DNA of 64,000 bases. Origin: Leptogorgia sarmentosa (taxonomy: Eukaryota). The notes under the pieces were generated by a model. The model did no database searches and had not been told where the DNA came from. It saw only the letters and a program-made list of their open reading frames with translations. Both the position numbers and the translations under genes were made by a program. The stretch lies in contig OZ210885.1 of NCBI GenBank assembly GCA_964658305.1, positions 434,001-498,000 of the forward strand, written 5' to 3'. Positions 40,701-52,837 of this stretch are shown one piece after another (the stretch's first letter is position 1; each line of letters begins with the position of its first letter).

Positions 40701-41555
40701 AAAGAAAATACTATACAGGTAATGAAGGCACCAAATTAAACCTTCAAATGTATAATATCTGACTTCTGATCAATGTGATGGTGCGGATGTTATTCAAGAG
40801 CGATGCTTATTTCAAAAGTGGCTAAAACACTGACCAACATTAGGTTTTTCTAACCTAGTGATACATGCACCACAAAATACTAGATCTACTTTCTTTTTAC
40901 TTCTTTTTCTGGTTGTGTAAACGTAGCTACGTCACAAATTACGTAGTTACATATTTGGCCTAATCTAATAGCACTGCAGGCCTGGGTTAAATATGAGCAT
41001 ACATGTTACAAGGCAAATAGGACGCTGAATACAACCACAAATTTTTCACTTGTAGTCATACGAACAACGAAAGCACCGATTACAGATAATCTTGATAAAG
41101 GTAAAGTGTTTCTGTTTGTATATATACATCATGTAACAGTTTTGCAGCCAATGTATATCAATACAAACTATATGCCATATATATATTAAACGAACTGATT
41201 TTCAGAAAAAACAGCTTCAGAAGAATGCAATTGCAGTGGAACAGAATGGTATATTGTTGTGGTGTCGATAGTGTCCGGAATCATTATTGGGATTTTCGTA
41301 GCATACATTTTGCTCTGTGCTCGTCGTCGTTGGCTAGTCAAAAACAGAAAACCTGAACAAAATGCTAAACCACAACCGACTGAAGTTGATACAACGTACC
41401 AAGAGTTGGATCTGACAAGGATGAACGCAGAAGATAATTATCAATCGTTGAGAGTGAATGCCGCAAGTAATGTCGCTGGAAATGACGATGACTCTACCTA
41501 CACCGAGTTGAGCAAAACCAGAGATGTGGAAAACAACTATCAATCCTTAACTTAA
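37788..41555 (+). CDS. Ig-superfamily receptor copy 2, intact: signal peptide, 3 Ig domains, TM, tandem ITAM-like tail
   Basis: Exons 37788-37854, 37986-38312, 39201-39467, 39691-39948, 41056-41100, 41206-41555, all phase 1. C-W-C Ig pattern in domain 2 (VTCVC..VTWYKDG..SGTYTC). TM YIVVVSIVSGIIIGIFVAYILL. Tail YQEL-x10-YQSL and YTEL-x9-YQSL. Confidence 0.92.
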
Positions 41556-42543
41556 ATCTGGAATATCATTTTATTAGGGGTCTGTTATGATTCTATAACA
41601 TTATGTAATTGTTGCAATAGCATAATACTATTTCATGTATTAAGTAATGTTGGAGGATGTTGAGGTTTAACGCAGATAACCACATGTATGTTGCAGCTGG
41701 AAATCTTTCATGATTTATTACTTTTCAACTACAATTCCATGAAAATATTGTGAGGTTGACGCTCCAGCGAAAGTTCAACCAGCATAGGGTCATATTGGAG
41801 TAGAATAGCATTATAGCACACAAATATCAGAAAAGAATACGTAAATTACGGGCAACCACGGTGCATGATAAATGGAATTGTGTACCATATAAACAACATA
41901 AAGTAATTAACTCGAAATATACAAAAATGAAAGAAGCTTTGTTCAAACAGTACAAGCCGAGGTACAGGCACCTGCATTGAAGAGGACATGGGAACCAATG
42001 TTTAATAATATTTATCCCAAAAAGTGGCATGGACATGGGCTTCAATTTGAACATGCAGTGAGCTGGAAGTGTAGGGTATTCTCATGATATATTTTCGGTG
42101 GAAGCCTCGTGTAATATTACTAACATATCAATATACGCACCTTCAAAAAATAATTTGATTACGCGATAATACATTATCTGGAACCATGCGTGCCGAAATT
42201 GTTTGAGAATATTCACAGCTACAATATCATTTGACTTTCGTATTCTTTCGACGGATAAAAGTTCCTGTGTGTGAATAAAAACATCAGTAATTTTAATAAT
42301 ATAAATACAAGTGCTTGATTCATCGAAAACTCGGCGCGGGTAGCTAGCGACCTGAGGTCACATTTTACAGATTACAATTGAAAGCTTTTAGACACCGAAG
42401 ACATTTTATTAGGTTATTATATTGTGTATAGATGTATATTGTAGTTGAAATTAAATATAGGTTTGGTTCGGATTTGTAATTGACATCAAGCCCAAAAATT
42501 ATGATTCTGTTCTTTCTCCAAGGTTTGACTTCCGCATTTTAAG

Positions 42544-43492
42544 ATGGTTTGGCTTGCCTTCATATATTGCGTTTTATTTTCTCTTCATTTTGTCTCGTAC
42601 CGATGTGAAGGTAAGTTGCTATATCTGGCTTTGTATATACACACCATTTACACTGCCTATACAATCAGTCGTGATATAGTGAATTTTGTCAATTGCTTGA
42701 CATATCAAATTCAAGTAGACGATTATACTTTATTGTCAGGAGCGATCACTTCACCACCTGACGGGGAAAAGTATCTTTTTTTACCTGGAGAAACGGCGAA
42801 AATAGAATGGGTAATTGTTCAGTTAACAGTGACATCAGGTCGTCCCAGTCGAAACGGAGTAAATGAAAGAGAAAACGGTAACTTAGCATGTTTATATGTA
42901 GAGGTGAAATCTGAAGTACTGAAAAATGATTGAACAGAGGTCAAGCTACATGCAAATCGCTAATGTTTGAGCGTAGCCATGCACTTAGCAAGTTTAGCAA
43001 GTGGGTTAAGGAGAGGCTGTCTCCCCCGTTCCTTTTTACCTTCAAATATGAGATCCGGGGGTGACTTCTCCTTAGCAGCTAGCTATAAGCTTTTCTTGAA
43101 CACTTGCTAAGGTTTCTGCCAAGTTAATTGCTTAGTTGGTTACGCGCTTTAATTGGAAGCTGGACCTCTGTATAGATCCTCTGTGATGGAACTTCTGCGG
43201 CCAAGGTGGACATCGCCCACCATATTCCTCTAAAATTTTGTGTCAAGTGGTGTCGTTCAACAGTCCTTTTCAAACGTTCGTTTTTCGTTCTAAATTTGGT
43301 TCTTTAATTTTCACTTGGTATTAAAGTTAAGAATTGAAATCGATAAAATGTGTTTCACCCAAATAACACCCTAGATGCTTTATATTTCAGATGCGCCAAT
43401 TGTGAACTTGAGTTGTCCCGGTCGTAATGAAGACAATGAAGGAAATAACTTCACATGTGAATGTAGAGGTGTGGGAGGAAACCCTCCGCCAA
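42544..43492 (+). pseudogene. Ig-superfamily receptor copy 3, disrupted
   Basis: The signal exon 42544-42610 and upstream DNA closely resemble copy 2. The V-exon homology breaks at ~42812. A half Ig exon 43391-~43492 (APIVNLSC..FTCECRGVGGNPP) is fused to the 9-bp repeat. Confidence 0.8.
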
Positions 43493-46400
43493 CATTCATC
43501 AACATTCAAATTAATTGCACCAACTGCACCAACTGTACCAACTGCACCAGCTGCACCAGCTGCACCAACTGCACCAACTGCACCAACTGTACCAACTGCA
43601 CCAGCTGCACCAACTGCACCAACTGCACCAACTGCACCAACTGCACCAACTGCACCAACTGCACCAACTGCACCAACTGCACCAACTGCACCAGCTGCAC
43701 CAGCTGCACCAACTGCACCAACTGCATCAACTGCACCAACTGCACCAACTGCACCAGCTGCACCAGCTGCACCAACTGCACCAACTGCACCAACTGCACC
43801 AACTGCACCAACTGCACCAGCTGCACCAGCTGCACCAACTGCACCAACTGCACCAACTGCACCAGCTGCACCAGCTGCACCAACTGCACCAACTGCATCA
43901 ACTGCACCAACTGCACCAACTGCACCAGCTGCATCAGCTGCACCAACTGCACCAACTGCACCAACTGCACCAACTGCACCAACTGCACCAGCTGCACCAG
44001 CTGCACCAACTGCACCAACTGCACCAACTGCACCAACTGCACCAACTGCACCAACTGCACCAACTGCACCAACTGCACCAACTGCACCAACTGCACCAGC
44101 TGCACCAGCTGCACCAACTGCACCAACTGCACCAGCTGCACCAACTGCACCAGCTGCACCAACTGCACCAACTGCACCAGCTGCACCAGCTGTACCAGCT
44201 GCACCAACTGCACCAGCTGCACCAGCTGCACCAACTGCACCAGCTGCACCAGCTGCACCAACTGCACCAACTGCACCAACTGCACCAACTGCACCAGCTG
44301 CACCAACTGCACCAACTGCACCAACTGCACCACGGCAAGAACCATCTTCCCCCTCAGAGGAAGAGGATGAAGATGCGGGGAACAGGAAAGGGAAGGTTCG
44401 TGCCGTGTTATATTTTATATATATAGATATATATATTCTATATAATATATTATATATATTGGATATATATTTTTCGAGTTCTATATTAAAAGGTGTTTAT
44501 TTTATTTTAGTACGAGAGGAAGAGGCGTCAATGCCAACTTTGCAACGCCCAGGTAGCATATATGACAAAGCACCTGAGACGGGTGCATGGAAAGACAAGC
44601 GAAGAAGCCATACAACTGAGTTCGGGCTTCAAACCGGCTGAAGCGGGGAAGATCAAGGTGAGGTGTCCAATCGAAGGCTGCAACAAATGGCAGTTGAGAT
44701 TGGACAACCATCTCAAACGTTTCCACAAAATGGACCCGGAAAACCCGGACTTCACGCGGTTAGTATGTGTATATTACATACATATATATAAAATATAATA
44801 TAAATAGTACTCATGGAGCAATTGAGCATATATGTTTTGTTATCGTAGATTCACTCAGATGGCAAACGCCGAAAGGAGGCGTACACGACGTGGGAATATC
44901 GAGTCCAGCAGAACTCCCGCCTCTCCCAGGCCGTCGTCACCCTCGTCACCGTCAGAGCACGGCAGTCACGAGGGGGAGGGGGACGTCGAAAGAGAATTAG
45001 CAAAGATGTCGCGACAACCAAGCGCCCCAAAAGACGATCCACCGTCCGACAAAATTACGGAAATCTCGCAACATCCCCTCTTCCAACTGTTCCACCAGCA
45101 TCTAACGTCGTTCGAAGGGAAAAATCGAAAGAAATTCAACACCAAGGAACACGCGAGGAGGGTCTGTCCCCTTCTCTACGAGGTTGACTCCAGCGCCAGA
45201 AATGTCCGTCTGCTCTGGGCCGACCAGTCCCTCGACAAGATCAGAAACAACTTTTTCCAAGGGAACGACCTTCTGCAAAAACCGAGAAAGGCGCAGACCC
45301 TCAAGACCTACATCGTCTCATTCAGACTCTTCTTTAAATTTATCCAAAGCCGTGTCGAAACTGTTTCCCGGATTTACAAGTTGACCGATCGTGACCTCGA
45401 GCTCGTGCGGGCGACTCTATCAATCCTCGATTTATGGCCAGGTTCGTTAACGATGGCGGTGACGCGGCGTCGAGCGGAGGTGAAAGCCAGGGCCCAAGAG
45501 CGTCTTCTGGATTCCGACGATTTTTTCCGGATGTTGGCAACACGCACCATGCAGCCAGAACGTTCAGCAATTGTTCAATGAATTGGAAGACCCCGACCGT
45601 CTGGTGTCAGTGGGTGAGTTCTCGGAGATGAGAGACTATCTCATGCTCCGGCTCCTCATGGCAAGTGGGCAGCGATGTGGGGCCTTGGCAAACCTCACGG
45701 TCGCAGAATATGAGCGCGGCCAGATGACGGGCGAATTATTCGTCAGGCAGACGCACGACCAGAAGACGGCTACCTCAAAAGGTCCCGCCAAACTGTTTTG
45801 GGACGGTGATTTGAAGCGAATGGGGGATACTTACAAGACCCATATGCGACCATTGTTCGCCAATACAGAGTCCGTGTCGGAAGCGAAGTCTGGCGTGCCT
45901 TCGGAGCCTCTATTCTTCATTAATTCTAATCGACATGTGCTCAATGAATCTAGGGTCAGCCGCCGAATTAACACCATCGGCAAAAGGATGGGCATCAACG
46001 TCCACGTCCACACTGTAATTTCCAACGAGCAATTGGCTAAGCAGATGACACATGCGGTCAGTACTGCTGACCAATTTTATAATGTCGCAAACACTTCTAA
46101 AGAAGATGTCCAAATGGCGACATTCATTAAAACTGTCACTGGTGGCAAGAGGAGGAGGATTGATGACGAGGAGGAATTCCAGGTAAATAAGTTTTCGGGA
46201 ATTGGTTTCTCCCAGAAAAGATATGGTTGTTCATAATTCTTTTTTTATTTAGCTACCTGAACACACAAATCAACCATGTCAAGCTGATGATGGGAAGGAG
46301 GAATGCGAGGAAGATGAAGAAACAAGAAAGGTAACTACTTCATATAAATAAGTTTTCGGGAATTGGTTTCTCCCACAAAAGATATCGTTGTTCATAATTC

Positions 46401-46906
46401 TTTTTTTATATATTCAGCTACCTGAACACACAATAGCAACAAAAGGATTGAGCGTCAAGCAGAAAAAACAGCTGCTCCTAGTCTTTGGCCCCATTATGAG
46501 CAAAGGTTTGGTGCCGGGAATCACTCGCGTGGCAAAAGAGTGTGGGGAGAATCCGGAGCTGGCGGGCGCTGTGCCAGAGGAGGCACATGAGTACCTGCAA
46601 ACGAAGAAAGTTGAAGAACTGCCGTCACAGAAGAAAGTGGCTTCCTGGGTCAATAGTGGCGGCAGGAAAATAAATACCTGGGAGACCGAGACAACATCTT
46701 CGTTTTCCTGCGGTAATGCAAGATTCTCCCAATATGAAACCGAAATGATAGCTCACGCGACCGCAAATCTCAAGAAGAACGCCCCCATCGACAGGATAAT
46801 TGCGGCAATTAAAAATGACAAACAATGTTCAGATTACGAAATTTTTACAAAGTACAGAAGCCAGCAGTTGCGGGACAAATTCCGCAACATTTGCAAGAAG
46901 CGGTAA
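43493..46906 (+). mobile_element. Intron-containing tyrosine recombinase gene (Crypton-like), 5'-truncated and defective
   Basis: Exons ..-44395, 44511-44758 (two C2H2 fingers), 44849-46182, 46253-46330, 46418-46906, all phase-consistent. YR motifs: RDYL..GQRCG (R 45673), DQKT (K 45763), MTH..TADQFY (H 46051, Y 46078). One frameshift at ~45555 and no HxxR box. C-terminal Myb-like QQLRDKFRN. Visibly more GC-rich than the flanks. Confidence 0.82.
43516..44333 (+). repeat. 9-bp coding minisatellite (gcaccaact/gcaccagct), ~90 copies
   Basis: Directly visible and free of stop codons. The Ala-Pro-Thr frame splices in phase into the recombinase gene. Confidence 0.97.
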
Positions 46907-46973
46907 ACAATATATATTTTGTAAAGAACTTATAGACATATGTTTATAGTTATTGATATTAATATTCCTGGAT

Positions 46974-47497
46974 TAATTCAAACATATCTAACAAACCGAA
47001 GCGCACCCCGGCTGGTGTTTCTCTTTGTTGCAAGACCTGTGTATTTCAATTTTTGTACGATATTGCTTGTAAAAACAATTTTTCTCATTTTATTCACGAA
47101 TCAAAACAATAACCACATTTCGATGTACATAGTTATAGTTAAATGACTGTTAACGAGTGTTTCGTTCCGAAGTTATAGGCAAAAATGTCTGCACATTCGC
47201 TAACGTCACGCGTACGTACGAGGTTGCACGCGTACCACAATAAGACGCAGCATATTTCAGCTTTAAATAGAACGTCCAAGAATACATTCAGTCAAAGTGA
47301 TATTTAGTCCTTAGTGCTGTTCGTTCCAGGCGTGTTCGGTGTGCTTTCAAACTTTTGCGTTCAGTCATGGGGTGGCGGCAACGTTGGTAATTTTTGGAAG
47401 GTCCTCATTACTTCTTTGAGGACCACAAACATAAAAGATATTAAAAACTTTTGAACCATCAACACAATCACAACTGTTCAACCACTTTACTTGGTGA
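46974..47497 (+). repeat. ~520-bp direct repeat, right copy
   Basis: Near-identical to 29632-30153 and begins 67 bp after the recombinase stop codon. Confidence 0.95.
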
Positions 47498-47760
47498 CTG
47501 GTGAGTGTTATATTTGTTGAATAGTTGTGATTGAGTTGGTTGTTCAAAAAATGTAGGCAAAAGTGTAATGACTAGGTACAATTTTGCTTATAACTTTGCA
47601 ACGAAACGGTAAGTAAGTTTACAAATAGATGTCGCGGCTGTCGCTACTTCTTGAGTCGTCTTGAAGGCAGCAAATGATATCGGAATTTCCAAAAATTTAA
47701 AGGAAGAAAAACCGAAAATGGGCAATGTCGTTCCCAGTCTCCCTCTCCATAAAATTCAAA

Positions 47761-49464
47761 ATGGCGGCCAGTGAGTCGAATTATTTGGCTGCATGTGTTG
47801 GACCACAAACAACAAATAAACCAGGATTTCCCGCTCAATTTACATACAACGACGAAGAATGGACTACGGTCAAGTTATGTGGCGAAGGAACCTTCTCAAA
47901 ATGTTTTCAAATCCGCAATAGCTTTGGACGAAACCTTGCAGTGAAGTGTTACAATTCTGGCGCGAAATATGAATTTGCGTTTCAAAACGAATTCAAGATG
48001 TTATCATTAGTAAAAGCAAATTCACAGTCTAGTTTAGTTTCTTTTATTGTAAATATCATTGATATATATACTATATCTGGAGAGAAGTGCATTTTCATGG
48101 AGTTTCTGGGTTGTACTTTAAAAGAGCTTGTCATCAAACATGAAATGAAAGGATTTTCACTTTATATGGTGAAGAAACTTCTCCATAATCTGTTTTCTGG
48201 TGTTATGTTCTTGCAGGAAATGGGAATCGTGCATGGAGATGTTAAACCAAGCAATATTTTATGGAATATGAATTTAGAATGTTTTCAACTTATTGATTTC
48301 AGTATCAGTTTTAAGTCAGGGATGATACCAAACATTGATCAACCATTACAAAGCCCTGGTTATCAATCTCCAGAGGTCCTACACTGGAATGCAAACATTA
48401 AAGGTGATGGAAAATTTCCATCTAAGTAGTAACATTGCACTAAATTATACCAAGCATCATAATTTGATATCTGTGACTTAAAGTCCCTAAATCAATTCAT
48501 ATAGTGGTGATAAAAGTAACAGTAACCGTTTTCTAATGTGGAGGTAGTTACACGTATATGTTCGTGCACATATGTCCCAGAAAGGGGGGGGGTCTCCACA
48601 TTAAATTGTAAAACGTGTGGAAAACATACAACAGTAACAACACCGCTGACAAGTGGGCAATTGCTCTCTGTAATATCGATTATTCCTGACCGTAGTACAT
48701 ATTAACAAAAAATGTAAGCAATGACATGTACATATACAGTATACTGTGATGAATACTTGTCACATTCATTCAATTTCGTAATCTTTTGTATTTCAGACAA
48801 CTATATACACAGTGGTGATGCACATTTTTTACGTCTCGGTAATACTTCAATAGATGTCTGGTCTGTTGGTTGCGTGCTTGTTTATGCGATTACTGGTCAG
48901 CAATTGTATTCAATTGAACATGCTCAGCAACACCCTCTTGTGTGCAAAAACTGCGAAACAAAATGTGGTCTGTGTTTACATTCAATTAGAGCAACACATC
49001 TTATAAAATGCAGCAGAAATGAACTAGATTCCTTGGAAATTGAAAATCTTACTTATATTATATCTGGAGTTTTATGGTGTCATCCTCGTAACCGTTTCCA
49101 ACCAAGCTTCGTATTAAAGCATCCGTTTTTATTAGCAAGCACAATGCTTCAAGCTACAATCATGGATTTATTATTGTTGCCAACTAGAGTTCTCCGTTTG
49201 CTAAACATGTTTGATGGAGAAAATGCGGAAAATGTGGAAGATATTAAGTTGGATATCAAAGATGAGTGTGAAAAGTTTGGAAAAGTTGTTTCAGTGAAAA
49301 CCAGCAGGAACATAAACACCGGGCATAATGTTTATGTTGAGTATAAGTATGCTGAGAATTGCTCTGTTGCTCGAAGTTCTTTGAATGGGAGATATTTTGA
49401 TGACAGATGTGTTGTCGCGACATTCTTTCCATGGCAACTGTTTCGAGATAATAATTTCTACTGA
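47761..49464 (+). CDS. UHMK1: Ser/Thr kinase with C-terminal U2AF-homology motif (KIS)
   Basis: Exons 47761-48403 and 48797-49464. Kinase motifs AVK, HGDVKPSNILW, LIDFSISF, YQSPE, DVWSVGC. Linker LPTRVLRLLN. UHM/RRM ECEKFGKV..VYVEY..LNGRYFD. An alternative start exists at 47725. Confidence 0.92.
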
Positions 49465-50357
49465 AGAAAACATTTGTATTGCATTCTGGTACTAATACGT
49501 CAGTGTTGCTGCGAACACCCTTACTGAATCCTGTCACATGAATTTGTTCTTGGAAATCTTTGTTCTCAGAAATCAAATGAGAGCTCAAGCGACAAATTCT
49601 TTCAAAACAAAACAAACAAGGCATCCGCGGTACGTAAAAAAATATGCACGTGCAGGAAAAGGCGATCCTGAAATGTTGATAATGACTTTTGGCGTTTCTC
49701 AAGGTTCAACGCTTGAACCATTTTTTTAACTATACAGTTGAGCTTTTCCAACATTAATTTCTTTTATTCTAATGAATCTATTGATACCGTAACGACAGTA
49801 ATTTAGGTAATTTCGTTACTATAAAAAGCTGCTAATTAAAGAAATTTCAATATGGCGGATCTAGCTTATGATGCTGATTTGCTGATTTGCGTGGATCATA
49901 CACGAACTCTGCGAATTGATCATTGATTATTACCAAGGTGTCAACAGTATTGCTTGAGAGATTATTTGTATTTTATTTATTATCACAAAACAGATTCAAT
50001 AAACGTTTGTATCTTATACGACAAAAGGTATCTATTAAATGTTGAGTTGTGAATTTAAATATTGTTACCCAATCCTAATTGTGAAAGGCGAAGTTAATAT
50101 TTGGTAGTTAGCTGTTATAAAAGGCTAGTTTCCACAACGGGGGACGTATAGAACAAATTAAACATATTTACGAAAAGTTTTGGCCGGTATGAGACAAAAT
50201 GGATCTGATGATTTCAGCAATAGAAATCCATATTAAAGCTCCACCATACATAGAAGTATTTTTCATCAAAACAAGCAATTCTAGTTTGAAAACGAACATT
50301 TATTCATGCAAAAAATAATTAAAATGCTAATCATTCCGGCTAGCCACTAATCCAATC

Positions 50358-50545
50358 ATGTTGTAAAGTGGTCTGATGTTGGTTTGAACAAGGAAGAGTG
50401 GTACTTCTTAAACTTCCTAAATGGGCATCACCGTAACATCGTACCAAGGTTTTCAAAAATTATTTCAGGGATGGTAAAGTTGTTGTAAAGTGATCAAAGG
50501 TTGGTTCAATCATGGTAAAGTTGTTGTAAGGTGGTCTGAGTTTGA
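50358..50545. repeat. ~41-bp degenerate tandem repeat
   Basis: catggtaaagttgttgtaaggtggtctga units, with inverted copies at 60292-60370. Confidence 0.65.
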
Positions 50546-52837
50546 TTGAGATTGAATTATGGTCGTGTACAGTTGGTTAATTGAACAGGTCTTTACGAAA
50601 AAGATTTTTTTGCGCGCAAGGAAATGTATTTTCCGCAAGCGGAAGCATTCTTCAAACACAATTACACAGAGTATATATCAGAACAGAGGTCTAACTAAAA
50701 ATATTGCCTGGCAGAAAAATGATCAACTACGCACGCTCGGCAAGTTTAAATGTAGTCGTCATCAGGTCGTCATCCAATCGGATGCACCCATCAAGTAACT
50801 TTCCCGAGCATGCGCACAAAAAAAGTGAGTGCAACAGTTGGACCTCTGCATGTAATTACTCTGTGACGAGTGCCCGCGCCATTTTTGAAATGTTGTATTT
50901 CACAACGCTTGCACTCGTGTGCAAATACTTCGAGAAAACGATATGTTTTTTAAATAAATTCTCAAGATACTGACAGAATTTTTATAAAGGTATGTTTTAC
51001 TATCATTTATAGAAGAAATGAATATAAAAATAAGCTGTTTGAAGTTAGTTATCGCTGGAAATATTTAGATATTTGAGATGCAATGTGAGGACTGAGGGGT
51101 TGAATTTGGTGATCGCCTTTTTTGCTGGTGTTTATGGCGCAGGAACTACTTCTCGACGTTAAAATATTCTGGGAATGAGAGTGGTTTTTCGAATGATGAA
51201 TGGGTTGTTGAATTTTATGATATTTAAATGTTCATACATCTTCTAATAAATATTTAAGATTACAGTAGGTCTAAAACCGGAGGGCGGTAAATTTTGCTCA
51301 AGGCTAAACCAAGTTGATGAAGCCAGCACAAGCTTAGACATGCAACCTTATATTTTATATTTTTGAAATGTTCTAATACTGTGAGTCAGTTTATAATATG
51401 AAGAATATTGAAGATGATGTTCAAGTGATGAACATATTGAATAAACAAATAATGAAGCTATAATCACAGTCATAATATATAGGAAAGAGTAAAGACACCT
51501 TAATATTTCAAATATGACTGGAAATATTTTCTGTGCATGTATTCATTTAAAGTCTGCTTCCTTTTGCTTTAAACTAAGTATGATTTTTTGCTGGCTGAGG
51601 AAAGAAAGAAGCAAAAAATGTTTTATCACACTCTGCTGGAGGGGGGGATTATTTGGGTGGTGCAGGTCAAGTAGGCACATTTTGTTGTTTGCCATTGGTT
51701 GACCTCCTGGCCACCCACCCACGGACAATTGGATAATGGTTTGGTTCCAGTTAAAAGTCTGTAGGCTCAGGACAGTGATGTTATCTGATATGGAGTTGTA
51801 TGTGTCATTAGGAGAGTGGTGTTGTTGCGGATGGCTGCAGCAGCTCCCAGCTGATGTGAGAACATGCAGTTTCATGCAACAAGCTCCTAACCCGTGCTTT
51901 ACTTAAAATTTTGTTGTGAAGATGAATCTAGGCAAGGATTTAAACTCTAGTGTGTGTCCGTTGTAGGCTTGATTTGTATGCACTAATGGAAGCTATTGAT
52001 CAGAAACTACAATTCCTGATGAAGGGCCTTAAAATGCTGGATCTTATTGTCTGGGTATTGTTTAGGCACTGTAGCTGCTTGTTAAAATTGTTGAAGCATT
52101 TCATTATATGTGAGTCGTATTTGACCAATTGAGCTATTACAATTTGACACAACCCCTTCCCCCCCCCCCCCACCCCCCTTCAAATAAAATCTTGATAATA
52201 ATATAAGATGTGTGTGGAAGCATTGGTGCTGATTTATCAATAGAGTATGTATTCAATTTGGTGGTTATATGGTAACCTACAGTTTTAAAGTTGCTAACAG
52301 CACAACATTGTTCAAGTCAGTTTTCATCTATAGTGCAACAATTATTGCTTGATCTTGCCTCATTTTCTATCTAGCATCATCAGAGTTAAATTAGAACACA
52401 TATTTCTTCTGAAATAATTGCAGTAACTGTTGGTTTCTTCCTGTACTCTAATTTAGCTTGCTGCATCCTGTAGCTTTTAGCTGTTATTTGGTTACTGTAT
52501 GTTGAATGTGTCAGGTGGCATATTTGAAATATATTACTGGTTATAGGAATTTGAAATATTATTGTAGTGTTACAGTACTCTGTATGAGTTTATCCCAGTA
52601 GAAATCACCAAGCAGTGAGAAGCAGTTGATAGCTGTTCAGCTTGCCAAGTTTGTCATATTTTGGTGAAGCTCCTACATGAAGTTCATAATTTAAGTTTCA
52701 GTCCCTGTCATGATTTACTGTGCATTTTACACAAAATCTGAGAGCAATTAATGTTAAATATATTACCATTTCAATGCAGAGCTGATGTACCTTTCTTGAT
52801 GCAATAATTAACTACATATATTGTACATATTTTCAGT

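Noticed and set aside
43506..44426. ORFs (LVQ)n, (HQL)n and (WCS)n as genes
   Set aside because: They are alternative frames of a stop-free 9-bp repeat with no splice or domain support.
45540..45581. Programmed ribosomal frameshift in the recombinase
   Set aside because: There is no slippery heptamer at the inferred site, and the second lesion points to decay.
44832..46236. Prophage integrase or bacterial contamination
   Set aside because: The gene has phase-consistent spliceosomal introns and C2H2 fingers, and no phage genes are present.
43493..47497. DIRS/Ngaro retrotransposon
   Set aside because: No gag, RT or RNase H ORF is visible. The 5' truncation means this cannot be fully excluded.
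51640..51910. GC-richer segment as a structured ncRNA or the 110-aa minus-strand ORF
   Set aside because: No family could be recognised. An Rfam/Dfam search would be needed.
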